Assembly: GCA_002793915.1 (NCBI GenBank) | Contig: PFEF01000005.1 | Span: 7,571-71,570, forward strand | DNA length: 64,000 nucleotides | Direction: 5' to 3' | Source: Candidatus Ryanbacteria bacterium CG10_big_fil_rev_8_21_14_0_10_43_42 | GTDB lineage: Bacteria > Patescibacteriota > Minisyncoccia > Ryanbacterales > 2-02-FULL-48-12 | In this document: in pieces, positions 39,225-48,629 of the stretch | How positions within the stretch are numbered: position 1 is the stretch's first letter | How the letters are laid out: each line of letters opens with the position of its first letter | Made by a program: the position numbers and the translations under genes | Notes under the pieces: model-generated | Database searches by the model: none | Seen by the model: the letters and a program-made list of their open reading frames with translations, nothing else | What the model was told of the DNA's origin: nothing

Positions 39225-39821
39225 ATGAACAAACAAACGATATTCGCTGGAACCATAGTTTTCTTGTTTATCGCGGGGGTATTCATTCTCGGAGATTCTC
39301 CTAGCGGACAAGACGAACATGGCATCAGCGGGGTTACGAAAACAGCACTTGCCGCGAAGTTCGAGGATTTATCACAAAACGGCAACTCATCTTGTTCGGG
39401 AGGATTCAAGGAATCCATAGCCGCCATGCCGTCCGAGGCACATCTCAAAGGGTCGTGCTGTTCGCCCATGAGCCTGCATCGCTACTCCGAACAAGTGGAA
39501 GGCCTGGAAAAATTCAAATCAGTTCCGGGGCAAGACATCAATCTCATTCCGAACAATCCATACGACATTGAAGTAGGACTCGCCCAAGAGTTCATCGGCT
39601 ACTACGACCTCATCCTGACGCCGGAAGAACAAGCGGCATACGACTACGCGATGCTGAACTCAAACGAAAGAGGTCCGTGCTGTTGCCAATGTTGGCGCTG
39701 GTATGTGTACGGAGGCTTGGGTAAGTACCTTATTCAAAATCACGGCTTTACTGGCGAGCAGTTGACTGAACTCTGGAATCTCTCTGACGGCTGCGGTGGA
39801 GATAGTGAGCATCGCCACTAA
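39225..39821 (+). CDS. secreted cysteine-rich protein
   Basis: 198 aa from ATG 39225. Signal/TM, then 10 Cys including CSGG, GSCCSP and GPCCCQCWRW. Confidence 0.5.
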   Translation: MNKQTIFAGTIVFLFIAGVFILGDSPSGQDEHGISGVTKTALAAKFEDLSQNGNSSCSGGFKESIAAMPSEAHLKGSCCSPMSLHRYSEQVEGLEKFKSVPGQDINLIPNNPYDIEVGLAQEFIGYYDLILTPEEQAAYDYAMLNSNERGPCCCQCWRWYVYGGLGKYLIQNHGFTGEQLTELWNLSDGCGGDSEHRH

Positions 39822-39840
39822 TACAAACTAAACAACCATT

Positions 39841-40296
39841 ATGAAAAATATACTTATCATCAGCGGTATCGCCATACTGCTTCTTGCCGGAGGGGTATGG
39901 TGGTCAAAGTCGCTCCAATCAAGCGATCCAAATGTTATCTCAACACGTGGCGTGCACTGGCATCCAGAACTGACCATCTACGTGAACGGCGAGAAGCAAG
40001 ATATTCCCCCAAACATCGGCATAGGGACGCAGTATGCATCCATGCCGACCTTCGACCAAAGCATGCGCATGACCGCTATGCACACGCACGAACCGGACGG
40101 TATCATCCATCTTGAGTTTCCCGGTCGTGTGACGCTAGAAGACACGACACTCGGCAACTTCTTCGCTATATGGGGCAAGGACATGATGAAGGACTTCGGA
40201 ACACTCACAAGCATGACCGTGAACGGAAAAGAAGCAAACGAGTTCGAGGCGTATGAAATGAAGGATGGTGATAAAATTGAGTTGAGGTACGAATAA
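39841..40296 (+). CDS. secreted Met/His-rich protein (possible periplasmic copper-binding protein)
   Basis: 151 aa with signal anchor. HWHPE...MRMTAMHTHEPDGIIHLE resembles CopC/PcoC-type Met/His motifs, but no firm family assignment. Confidence 0.4.
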   Translation: MKNILIISGIAILLLAGGVWWSKSLQSSDPNVISTRGVHWHPELTIYVNGEKQDIPPNIGIGTQYASMPTFDQSMRMTAMHTHEPDGIIHLEFPGRVTLEDTTLGNFFAIWGKDMMKDFGTLTSMTVNGKEANEFEAYEMKDGDKIELRYE

Positions 40297-40476
40297 ATCC
40301 ATGATCAAGATTCTTAATGAAAACAACGCAACGTTCTATTAGTGTGAAATCTGCGTCTATCGGTACAAAGAAAAAGAGTGGACGGAGAAATGCGAAGTGT
40401 GGCTTAAAGAGCACCACAGCTGCAATCTTGATATAACTTCTCACGCTTAAGAAAATAAATAATTTACACTCAACAA

Positions 40477-40512
40477 AAAAACCACCCTCGCATGTGGTTT
40501 TTTTGTTGATGA
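40477..40512 (+). terminator. Rho-independent terminator
   Basis: aaaaaccaccctcgcatgtggtttttttg. Confidence 0.6.
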
Positions 40513-40652
40513 TTTTCTTATGCCATCGTCACCATCTTTTCTGTTTTCATGCCGAGCTATGTATGTGGCAGTGCCGCTCTCAACTCAAATCATAAATACA
40601 GTATAATGTTCCTCTATCCTTTTTATGGAGGTAATATGGTATACAGTATTAT

Positions 40653-41204
40653 ATGAGAAAGACATTTTCAATTATTATCATCATACTAGTCGTTGCCGGT
40701 TTTGGCGTAGCGTGGAAGGTTACGAAAAAAGAGGCGGCGATACCTGATTCGATCGTAACAAATTTTGAAGAATGTGTGGCGGCGGGTAATTTGGTTATGG
40801 AGTCATATCCCCGCAGGTGCCGGAATGCAGGAGAAACATACACCGAACATATAGGTAACGAGCTTGAAAAAGCGGATCTCATCCGTATTAATTCGCCGCG
40901 CCCCAATCAGAGTATTGAAAGCCCTCTTACCATTATAGGAGAAGCACGGGGCAGTTGGTTTTTTGAAGCAAGTTTTCCTGTATTTCTTACCGACTGGGAT
41001 GGTCGCATAATTGCCCAAGGAATTGCCACGGCCGAGGGAGAGTGGATGACAACGGACTTCGTACCGTTTAAGGCCGTACTTGTGTTTACGGTGGATGAGA
41101 ATGTCTACAGCACCAGAGGAACTCTTATTCTTCAAAAGGACAATCCTTCCGGACTACCCGAGCATGATGATGCACTTGAAATTCCGGTAGTGTTTGTAAA
41201 ATAA
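40653..41204 (+). CDS. secreted protein with Gmad2 (GerM-like immunoglobulin-like) domain
   Basis: 183 aa. N-terminal TM; C-terminal I.SP.PNQSIESPLTIIGEARGSWFFEASFPV..DWDGRII..G.ATAEGEWMT.DFVPF matches the Gmad2 pattern. Confidence 0.55.
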   Translation: MRKTFSIIIIILVVAGFGVAWKVTKKEAAIPDSIVTNFEECVAAGNLVMESYPRRCRNAGETYTEHIGNELEKADLIRINSPRPNQSIESPLTIIGEARGSWFFEASFPVFLTDWDGRIIAQGIATAEGEWMTTDFVPFKAVLVFTVDENVYSTRGTLILQKDNPSGLPEHDDALEIPVVFVK

Positions 41205-41253
41205 TAAATATCTCACGGTTGGGTGACGGGTTTGTATATCGTCTACTCGTAAG

Positions 41254-42171
41254 ATGTTAACCTATACATATATGAAAAAAATAATCTTATTCTTTGTTTT
41301 AGCAGGAATAGTTTTTGGCGGATGGTATGTTTATACGCATATAGCAAGTCCGGAGACTGTAATGAGTGTTTCGGATCCTCTTAACGCAACCTACGTTATT
41401 GCCGGAGAATCATTTACGTTAGTTGATGGATTGGCGGAAAAGGAGATTGCGCCCGGATCCGCTTCAAAGAAAGTAGTGCGGTATTTTGGCAATGAGCTTT
41501 ATAAAGATCTCAATGATGATGGCAGGGAAGATGTTGTTTTTCTGCTTACGCAAGAAACAGGAGGTTCGGGCGTATTCTTTTATGCAGTTGCGGCACTTAA
41601 TATGGAAACCGGTTATGTTGGATCGGAAGGGATATTTCTGGGCGACCGTATTGCCCCACAAACAACCGAACCGGGTACCGGAAAAATTGTGATTATTAAT
41701 TATGCGGATCGTGCGCCCGGTGAAGCATTTGCCGTTCAACCGTCTTATGCCAAAAGTTTATATATACTGCTTGATCCGAACACCATGCAGTTTGGCGAGG
41801 TTGTTCAGCAATTCGAAGGTGAAGCCGATCCGTCCCGTATGACGCTTGATATGAATGTATGGACATGGATTAAGACGGTCTATAATAATGACACGGAGTT
41901 GGTACCGCGTAATCCAGAAGCGTTTACCATCAGTTTTGCAAACGGCGAGTTTTCTGCCACAACGGATTGCAACGCCATGATTGGACAGTATAAAGTCGAA
42001 GGCGATACAATCACATTTGGGGACATTGCTTCGACAAAAAAGTTTTGTGAAGAATCTCAAGAGCAGGAATTTGCTTCCATGCTTAGGGATACGGGATCGT
42101 TTTTCTTTACAAGCAAGGGCGAACTTATCTTTAATCTCGTTTTTGACGGTGGTTCCGTTTTGTTTCGGTAA
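41254..42171 (+). CDS. secreted protein with C-terminal META/HslJ-like domain
   Basis: 305 aa with signal anchor. C-terminal W.W.......L.......F...F..G.FSATTDCN...G.Y.V.GD.ITFG.IASTKKFC...QE..F...L....F....G.L matches the META pattern. Confidence 0.5.
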   Translation: MLTYTYMKKIILFFVLAGIVFGGWYVYTHIASPETVMSVSDPLNATYVIAGESFTLVDGLAEKEIAPGSASKKVVRYFGNELYKDLNDDGREDVVFLLTQETGGSGVFFYAVAALNMETGYVGSEGIFLGDRIAPQTTEPGTGKIVIINYADRAPGEAFAVQPSYAKSLYILLDPNTMQFGEVVQQFEGEADPSRMTLDMNVWTWIKTVYNNDTELVPRNPEAFTISFANGEFSATTDCNAMIGQYKVEGDTITFGDIASTKKFCEESQEQEFASMLRDTGSFFFTSKGELIFNLVFDGGSVLFR

Positions 42172-42285
42172 GATATCTTGCAATCTTTTTTGTCGATCCG
42201 ATTGTCGGCACGGCACTACAATTACCGGACATCTCCCTTTAATGAAGAAGATGTATTATCGGGTATAAGCTAACCTAGTAACAAT

Positions 42286-42672
42286 ATGAAAGGATATATC
42301 ATTAACATTGAAAAATCTACAAAAGATAATACCGATTATCGGCGAGTTTTATATACGGCAAAACACAGTCAGCTTGTTATTATGAATATACGCCCGGGCG
42401 AGGAAATCGAGGAGGAAGTGCATGATCTTGATCAGTTTATACGCTTTGAGGCGGGGGAAGGTGTGGTGATACTCGACGGCGTTGAGCATAATGTAAAAGC
42501 GGATGATGCCGTTATAATTCCGGAAGGCACGCGTCATACAGTTGTAAATACGGGTTCTGTTGACCTTAAGCTTTATACAGTATATTCTCCTCCGGAACAC
42601 AAGGATAGTGTTCTGCAGAAAACGAAAGCAGATGAGCATGAAGAACATTTTGATGGCGTAACAACAGAATAG
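42286..42672 (+). CDS. cupin domain protein
   Basis: 128 aa. The stretch G..EEEVHDLDQF..FEAGEGVVILDGVEHNVKADDAVIIPEGTRH.V.N.G spans cupin motifs 1 and 2. Confidence 0.7.
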   Translation: MKGYIINIEKSTKDNTDYRRVLYTAKHSQLVIMNIRPGEEIEEEVHDLDQFIRFEAGEGVVILDGVEHNVKADDAVIIPEGTRHTVVNTGSVDLKLYTVYSPPEHKDSVLQKTKADEHEEHFDGVTTE

Positions 42673-42722
42673 GGCTGTTATTGGCAAACGGTAATGCGTA
42701 AGAGGGAGGTTGTTTCTGAATG

Positions 42723-43295
42723 CTACCGCTTCCGATGGTGAATCAGCATCCAATTTTTTGCGAAATATACGAAGCATACGCCGGCGGAGAGAATCAGCAA
42801 ATAGGTAAGCATGATTACCGTATATGAATACGGAACGTCTCGGAGAGTCCCCAATATAATGGCAAATGTCCACGAAACAGCCGAAACAACGCCGCTTGAG
42901 AGAAGAAATACGCGATGTCGAATAAATTCATCAGAAGAAGGAAGATGATGGTTTAAGTGCCGAAATAAGCGGGGCAAATGGCTTTTATGGAATATAACGC
43001 CGTTTATGACGATAAGAAGAACGATAGTCATTTTAGAGAGAAACTTGGAAGAAGAAAGATACATTTCCATATCAAGAAAAAATAGACCGGCACCGGAAAG
43101 GATAAGAAAGATGAGCCCGATAATAACCATGGAACTTCCCAGGGTAAGAAACCCCAGTTCCGTTTTTGATATGCGTTCATCACGCACGGATTTAAAAAAC
43201 ATGGCATCCGACGTAAAAGCGCCTCCCGCGCCGATAGCAACGCCGAACAAATGAGTAATAAGGAATACTGTTTTTAGATCAATAAAATCGAACAT
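42723..43295 (-). CDS. hypothetical polytopic membrane protein
   Basis: 190 aa with 5 predicted TM helices. No recognised motif. Confidence 0.5.
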   Translation of the reverse strand: MFDFIDLKTVFLITHLFGVAIGAGGAFTSDAMFFKSVRDERISKTELGFLTLGSSMVIIGLIFLILSGAGLFFLDMEMYLSSSKFLSKMTIVLLIVINGVIFHKSHLPRLFRHLNHHLPSSDEFIRHRVFLLSSGVVSAVSWTFAIILGTLRDVPYSYTVIMLTYLLILSAGVCFVYFAKNWMLIHHRKR

Positions 43296-43377
43296 AAATC
43301 TATAATAAACAGGGTGCGGCGGTTTGGAAAGGCATGATTATTTGATTTTATTCGGCATGCGAGGGAGTATTAAGGAT

Positions 43378-43821
43378 ATGAAACAGACAGGATTTTTTTA
43401 TATTCTTATTTTCGTATCACTCGCTCTGCATGTAGTATGGGAATCGTTGCATGTGGAATTGTATACTGGCTACGAACATATAACCGGACTGCCTATCGTA
43501 TTGTACGCGTCCTTAGGAGACGTACTATACACCTTTCTTGCGCTTGGCGTGGTGGCACTGTTTAGGGATTTGCCGCGGGCGCTTTTTTCGATGCACCCGC
43601 GCGATTATATCGGCCTTGCCGTTCTCGGATTTTTCATAAGTGTTTTTGTGGAATATAAGGCGTTTTTCTTCATGCGGTGGGAGTATACGGACGCCATGCC
43701 GATTATTCCTTTTTTGGGAATAGGGCTTTCACCGGTTCTCCAAATGACAATTCTCCTCCCGCTTTCGGTGTGGATTTCTTGGTACATATATGGCCTATGC
43801 ATAAAAAGATTACCCACTTGA
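43378..43821 (+). CDS. hypothetical polytopic membrane protein
   Basis: 147 aa from ATG 43378 (RBS aaggat). Four TM helices. The ORF-track start at 43324 is TTG. Confidence 0.45.
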   Translation: MKQTGFFYILIFVSLALHVVWESLHVELYTGYEHITGLPIVLYASLGDVLYTFLALGVVALFRDLPRALFSMHPRDYIGLAVLGFFISVFVEYKAFFFMRWEYTDAMPIIPFLGIGLSPVLQMTILLPLSVWISWYIYGLCIKRLPT

Positions 43822-43965
43822 TTATAGGTTGGTTTTTGTTTGTAATTTCTATATGTTTTAGGTGGTTGCTATGTTTAAGGGGATGTGGTTATGAGGGATG
43901 AAAGGGGTACTGGAAGATATCTTTTTCCTCCTGTATACTGGCTTCATAAACAGTAGCTGTCATAC

Positions 43966-45921
43966 ATGAACCATATCGACAAAGAAGATTTTGACGAATC
44001 AGTGTCTCCCGGAGACGATTTTTTTCAGTATGTAAACGGCGGATGGTTGGAGAGTACAGAAATACCTCCCGCGGAAAGTACATGGGGTACGTTTTATATT
44101 CTTCGCGACCAGAGCAATGCTCAACTAAGAGAGATTGCGGAAGATTTGCTGGAGGATAACAATAGGGAAAAGGGGAGTAATGAGCAAAAAATCCGTGATT
44201 TTTATAAAACGGGAATGGATATGAGTACGCGAAATGAGCATGGTATAAAAGCCATTCAAGAAGAGCTGTATAGAACGAATGTTGATACGAAAGAAGATGT
44301 TATTCAGACACTCGCCCGTTTCCATACTCTGGGTATCGGTGCTTTGTGGATGCCCTATATAGAATCGGATGATAAAAATGTGGATGTTATGATTTTTCGC
44401 CTGCATCAGGCGGGTATCGGACTTCCGGACAGAGAGTACTATCTTGCAAAAGACAGTGAGCGGGAACAAATTCGGCAGAAGTATGTATCTCACATAGTGC
44501 GCATATTTTTGCTTATTGGTAAAAATGAAGAAGAAGCCCGAAAGGGCGCGGATAGTGTTTATGCTATTGAGCATGCGCTTGCTGAAGTATCCATGACGCG
44601 TACCAAGCTTCGGGATATAGCGGCACAGCACAATAAAATGACGCGTGAGAATCTTGCAATATCGTATCCCGCTATTCCGTGGGCGGCATATTTTTCTGCC
44701 GTTAATCTTCCGGATACGGAGCAGGAAATTATTGTAGATCAGCCGGAATTTTTCACAGCGATAGAAAAACTATTACAAACGCTATCATTCGAAGACTGGC
44801 GTTTATATCTTACGTGGTGTCTTGTTCACGCCGCCGCTCCTTTTTTAAGTGAAGAATTCATTAATGAAAACTTTGCATTTTACGGACGTGTGCTTGGTGG
44901 TGCAAAAGAGTTGCGTCCGCTCTGGAAACGCGTAATTACGGTGCTTGATGGCGTATTGGGAGAATGTATTGGTCAGGAGTATGTAAAACGTTATTTCAGC
45001 AAAACAGCAAAGGAGCGTATTAATGAATTGGTTGATAATCTCATTCTTGCCTATGAGGATCGTATTAAAAATCTTTCATGGATGGGTGAAGAAACAAAAC
45101 AAAAAGCGATTGAAAAATTACACGCTATTGAAAGAAAATTGGGCTATCCTGATACATGGCGGGATTATTCTGCGCTTTCCATAGGAAGCGATTCATATAT
45201 AAAAAACTATTTTCGGGCAATGGTGTTTGAATGGAATCGGATGATTGCCAAATTAGGCCGTCCGGTGGATCGTACGGAATGGCATATATCTCCGGCAACC
45301 GTTAATGCTTATTACAACCCGCTCTACAATGAGATTTTGTTTCCTGCCGCCATCTTACAGCCCCCGTTTTTTCATGAGCGCGCTGATGATGCTCTTAACT
45401 ATGGCGCAATTGGTTCGGTAATCGGACACGAACTCACACATGGATTCGATGATCAAGGAAGTCAATTTGACGCAAAAGGAAATCGAAAGAACTGGTGGAA
45501 TGAGGAGGATAAGAGAAAGTTTGAAGAAAAAGCCGGCATGTTGGTCGAGCAATATAATGCGTACGAAGTACTCCCGGGAAAATATATAAACGGCGAACTT
45601 ACATTAGGGGAAAATATTGCCGATTTAGGCGGTCTTACCATTGCTTATGATGCGTTTCAAAAATCACAGAAAGGAAGGGAATTTCTTCAGATAGATGACA
45701 TGACACCAGATGCACGGTTTTTTGCCAGTTTTGCCATTGGAGAGCGCGGTAAGATGCGCGATGAGCTTGCGGCACAGATGCTTATTGTCGATCCGCACTC
45801 ACCGGCGAAAGCGCGGGTAAATAATATTGTTTCCAATATGGATGAATTTTATAATGTTTTTCGTGTTACGGAGCAAGATAAACTTTATCGTTTACCGGAA
45901 AAACGGGCAAAAATTTGGTAA
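43966..45921 (+). CDS. M13-family zinc metallopeptidase (PepO/neprilysin-like)
   Basis: 651 aa. Carries VIGHELTHGFDDQG (HExxH), N-AYY substrate motif, ENIAD and GE third-ligand region. Confidence 0.85.
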   Translation: MNHIDKEDFDESVSPGDDFFQYVNGGWLESTEIPPAESTWGTFYILRDQSNAQLREIAEDLLEDNNREKGSNEQKIRDFYKTGMDMSTRNEHGIKAIQEELYRTNVDTKEDVIQTLARFHTLGIGALWMPYIESDDKNVDVMIFRLHQAGIGLPDREYYLAKDSEREQIRQKYVSHIVRIFLLIGKNEEEARKGADSVYAIEHALAEVSMTRTKLRDIAAQHNKMTRENLAISYPAIPWAAYFSAVNLPDTEQEIIVDQPEFFTAIEKLLQTLSFEDWRLYLTWCLVHAAAPFLSEEFINENFAFYGRVLGGAKELRPLWKRVITVLDGVLGECIGQEYVKRYFSKTAKERINELVDNLILAYEDRIKNLSWMGEETKQKAIEKLHAIERKLGYPDTWRDYSALSIGSDSYIKNYFRAMVFEWNRMIAKLGRPVDRTEWHISPATVNAYYNPLYNEILFPAAILQPPFFHERADDALNYGAIGSVIGHELTHGFDDQGSQFDAKGNRKNWWNEEDKRKFEEKAGMLVEQYNAYEVLPGKYINGELTLGENIADLGGLTIAYDAFQKSQKGREFLQIDDMTPDARFFASFAIGERGKMRDELAAQMLIVDPHSPAKARVNNIVSNMDEFYNVFRVTEQDKLYRLPEKRAKIW

Positions 45922-45928
45922 GGCATTA

Positions 45929-46561
45929 TTACATTTTTGGTTTTTTTATCACCTGGACAACTTTTCCGTTTATAAGAAAATTGTCATCGGGATGAATATA
46001 GATGGGAGGGAAGTCTTTTGTGGAATCGGAAACAAGAACAATCTGTTTATTTTCCGCGTCCCAATAATAGCGTTTGATATTTGCGGTATCATCGATTATG
46101 GAAAGCACAACATCACCATTCTGGGGGACGATGGCATCCGGATCTATAATAAGATAATCTCCGTCCTCAATATTTTTTTCGGCAATAGAAGCCTTGTTCA
46201 TGGAAGGACCACTCGCCTTAATGGCAAAGATGTTTTTTTTGCGGCCCAAAATTGCAGAAGATATTTTTAAATATCCCTCAATATTTTCGTCTGCAAATAT
46301 TGTTGCGGGACCGCAGTTGGCGGCTCCCACAATAGGTACAGAAACAAGAGGAGAGTTATGAATACGTCCGCGGGATACTTTCTCGATGGACTTTTTGTGC
46401 GTATCTATTTTAAGGAGACCTTTTTTCTCTAGCTGGGATAAATGATGTTTTACTTTTTGGGGATACTTTTCGCCAATATGAGATCCAATTTCTCGAAGCG
46501 TCATACCGCTAATATTTTTTTCATTTACAAGAGTAAGAATTTTTTCTTGAAGAATATGCAT
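45929..46561 (-). CDS. lexA: LexA-family repressor (wHTH + S24 peptidase)
   Basis: 210 aa. N-terminal winged helix; C-terminal S24 domain with AIKASGPSMNKASI (Ser nucleophile) and a later Lys (GKVV). Confidence 0.7.
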   Translation of the reverse strand: MHILQEKILTLVNEKNISGMTLREIGSHIGEKYPQKVKHHLSQLEKKGLLKIDTHKKSIEKVSRGRIHNSPLVSVPIVGAANCGPATIFADENIEGYLKISSAILGRKKNIFAIKASGPSMNKASIAEKNIEDGDYLIIDPDAIVPQNGDVVLSIIDDTANIKRYYWDAENKQIVLVSDSTKDFPPIYIHPDDNFLINGKVVQVIKKPKM

Positions 46562-47099
46562 GGCATACAGGTTAATAAATAAGTAAAAGTCATAACAATA
46601 CTTGTAGAATACGCCGAAGAGGGTGGTATGTCAAAAAGTTATCCACATCTTTAGAAAACTAGAATTGTTGACAAGCTGTACGGATAGAAACTATCATAAG
46701 AATATTATTAAATAAAAAGGCAAGGGATGTGTTGATGTACAGCATTTTATAGATTATGTACTGCTAATGCATACCGTCTTTCAAACACCATGAATAAAAT
46801 TACATCGGTGCGACTCGTTAAAGGAGAATTAAAAAAGGTCAATCAAATTATCGATTACAAAATTCTTCACGGATTTTCTTACCATAAAGAGGCGCAGTAT
46901 CATAAGTCGCTCTTGAATCGCCTGAATAGTCTTACGCGCCATGGGTGGATGGGAAATCCGTTTACAAGCTTTACATAACATCATATGGATACGGCACTTT
47001 ATTCTATGCAAGAAACATGTGAGATTCTCGGACGAGTTTATTCAACACCGGAAAAAATAGCAAAGATACATAAAAATTACAAAAATAAAAAGGGGAATT

Positions 47100-47480
47100 A
47101 TGAAAATAACACTTTGCGGATCATTAGGCGTAATGGACACTATTATGGCCATAGGGAAGGAGCTCAAACAATATGGCCACACCGTTTTCTTTCCCACCCA
47201 AGATAATAGGCAGGAAAATAACAGCGTGCAGAGAAAAACTTATATAAGTAAGCATATGAATAAAATAAAAAACTCTGATGCAATCTTTGTGGCGAATGTT
47301 GCAAAAAATGGTGAAAAGAATTACATTGGCGCACATACATTTATGGAAATGGGATACGCACATTATTTGGGAAAGAAAATATTCACCCTCAACGATCTTC
47401 CCGATCAGTCATATATAAAGGATGAGATTATGGTAATGAATAGCATGACTGTAGGAGGTGATTTTTCAAAACTTGTATAA
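47100..47480 (+). CDS. hypothetical protein (nucleoside 2-deoxyribosyltransferase-like fold?), AT-rich
   Basis: 126 aa. Starts MKITLCGSLGVMDTIMAIGKELKQYGHTVFFP. RBS aaagggga. GC is below 40%. Confidence 0.4.
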   Translation: MKITLCGSLGVMDTIMAIGKELKQYGHTVFFPTQDNRQENNSVQRKTYISKHMNKIKNSDAIFVANVAKNGEKNYIGAHTFMEMGYAHYLGKKIFTLNDLPDQSYIKDEIMVMNSMTVGGDFSKLV

Positions 47481-47492
47481 AATTAGTATCGC

Positions 47493-48119
47493 ATGAATAT
47501 AAAAAAGAACGGTATAACAAACGCAAATTCACATACACGTCGTTGTGCGTGGATAAAAGGAGACACCCTTATGACAGCATATCATGATGCTGAATGGGGT
47601 GTTTCTTTACATGATGATAAAAAATTATTTGAATTTCTTATCCTCGAATCTTTTCAGGCAGGATTAAGCTGGAAAACCATTTTATATAAACGAGATAATT
47701 TTAGAAAAGCATTTGATAATTTTGATATTAAAAAAATTTCATTGTATGACGATAGAAAAATACATACGCTTCTTAATGACCGCGGGATTATTCGTAATCG
47801 TCTGAAAATATGCGCCGCAATAAAAAATGCCCGTTTAATTATTAATATAAAAGAAACATACGGTAGTTTTGATGCGTATATATGGAACTGTGTTCCGGGA
47901 CTTCCACTGCAGAATGCATGGAAGCATGTAAGTAATATTCCTGCGCGCACAAAAGAATCCGATTTTATGAGTATATGTTTAAAAAAGTATGGATTTCAGT
48001 TTATTGGCTCGACCACGTGTTATGCTTTTATGCAGGCAATCGGAATGGTAAATGATCATACAATTGACTGTTTTAGGTATAAAGAGGTATGCGAGTCACG
48101 TTCTGTGTCTAATAAATAA
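47493..48119 (+). CDS. tag: DNA-3-methyladenine glycosylase I
   Basis: 208 aa. RRCAW...YHDAEWGV...LFEFLILESFQAGLSW.TIL.KR.NFRKAF and the C-terminal CYAFMQA..MVNDH..DCF zinc site. Very AT-rich. Confidence 0.85.
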   Translation: MNIKKNGITNANSHTRRCAWIKGDTLMTAYHDAEWGVSLHDDKKLFEFLILESFQAGLSWKTILYKRDNFRKAFDNFDIKKISLYDDRKIHTLLNDRGIIRNRLKICAAIKNARLIINIKETYGSFDAYIWNCVPGLPLQNAWKHVSNIPARTKESDFMSICLKKYGFQFIGSTTCYAFMQAIGMVNDHTIDCFRYKEVCESRSVSNK

Positions 48120-48203
48120 GGATATATGTATTTGTGTATCGTTATTTGGTATCATGATGGTGTAGATGTGGCGGGGTATATTATTAGAAATTAGAAGATT
48201 ATT

Positions 48204-48581
48204 ATGGATGCAAAAAAGAAAATTCTCCTTATTGACGATGACATGGCAATGGGGAAAACACTCAGTGATTATCTGGGGAAAATAGGATACGAGGTACATT
48301 CGGCACTTGACGGGGAAAAGGGTTTTGCAGAGGCAAAGGATTGGATGCCGGATATTATTCTTCTCGATATGATCATGCCTGTTATGAATGGCATGGAGAC
48401 GTTAAAAGCGTTACGGGAAGATCCGCAAACAGAGAAACTTCCGGTGATTATACTTACGAACGTGGAAATGCCGGAAGAGGTTTCCGAGGTTATGCAGATG
48501 GGAAGCGTTTACTACTTAATAAAAGCGAATTATAGTATGGAGGATATTGAGAAGAAGATTAAAAGTGTTCTTGCTGAATAA
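48204..48581 (+). CDS. orphan response-regulator receiver domain protein (CheY-like)
   Basis: 125 aa. ILLIDDD, phospho-acceptor D in IILLDMIMP, T and K positions. No output domain and no adjacent kinase. Confidence 0.75.
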   Translation: MDAKKKILLIDDDMAMGKTLSDYLGKIGYEVHSALDGEKGFAEAKDWMPDIILLDMIMPVMNGMETLKALREDPQTEKLPVIILTNVEMPEEVSEVMQMGSVYYLIKANYSMEDIEKKIKSVLAE

Positions 48582-48629
48582 GATACGGGTAAACGATGGT
48601 ATATATAATTAACGGAACAATTACAGAAT

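Noticed and set aside
46790-47206. ORFs 46790..46978 and 46985..47206
   Set aside because: No RBS. The second overlaps the better-supported start (RBS aaagggga) of the 47100 gene. Translations are low complexity. The first is retained only as a very weak possibility.
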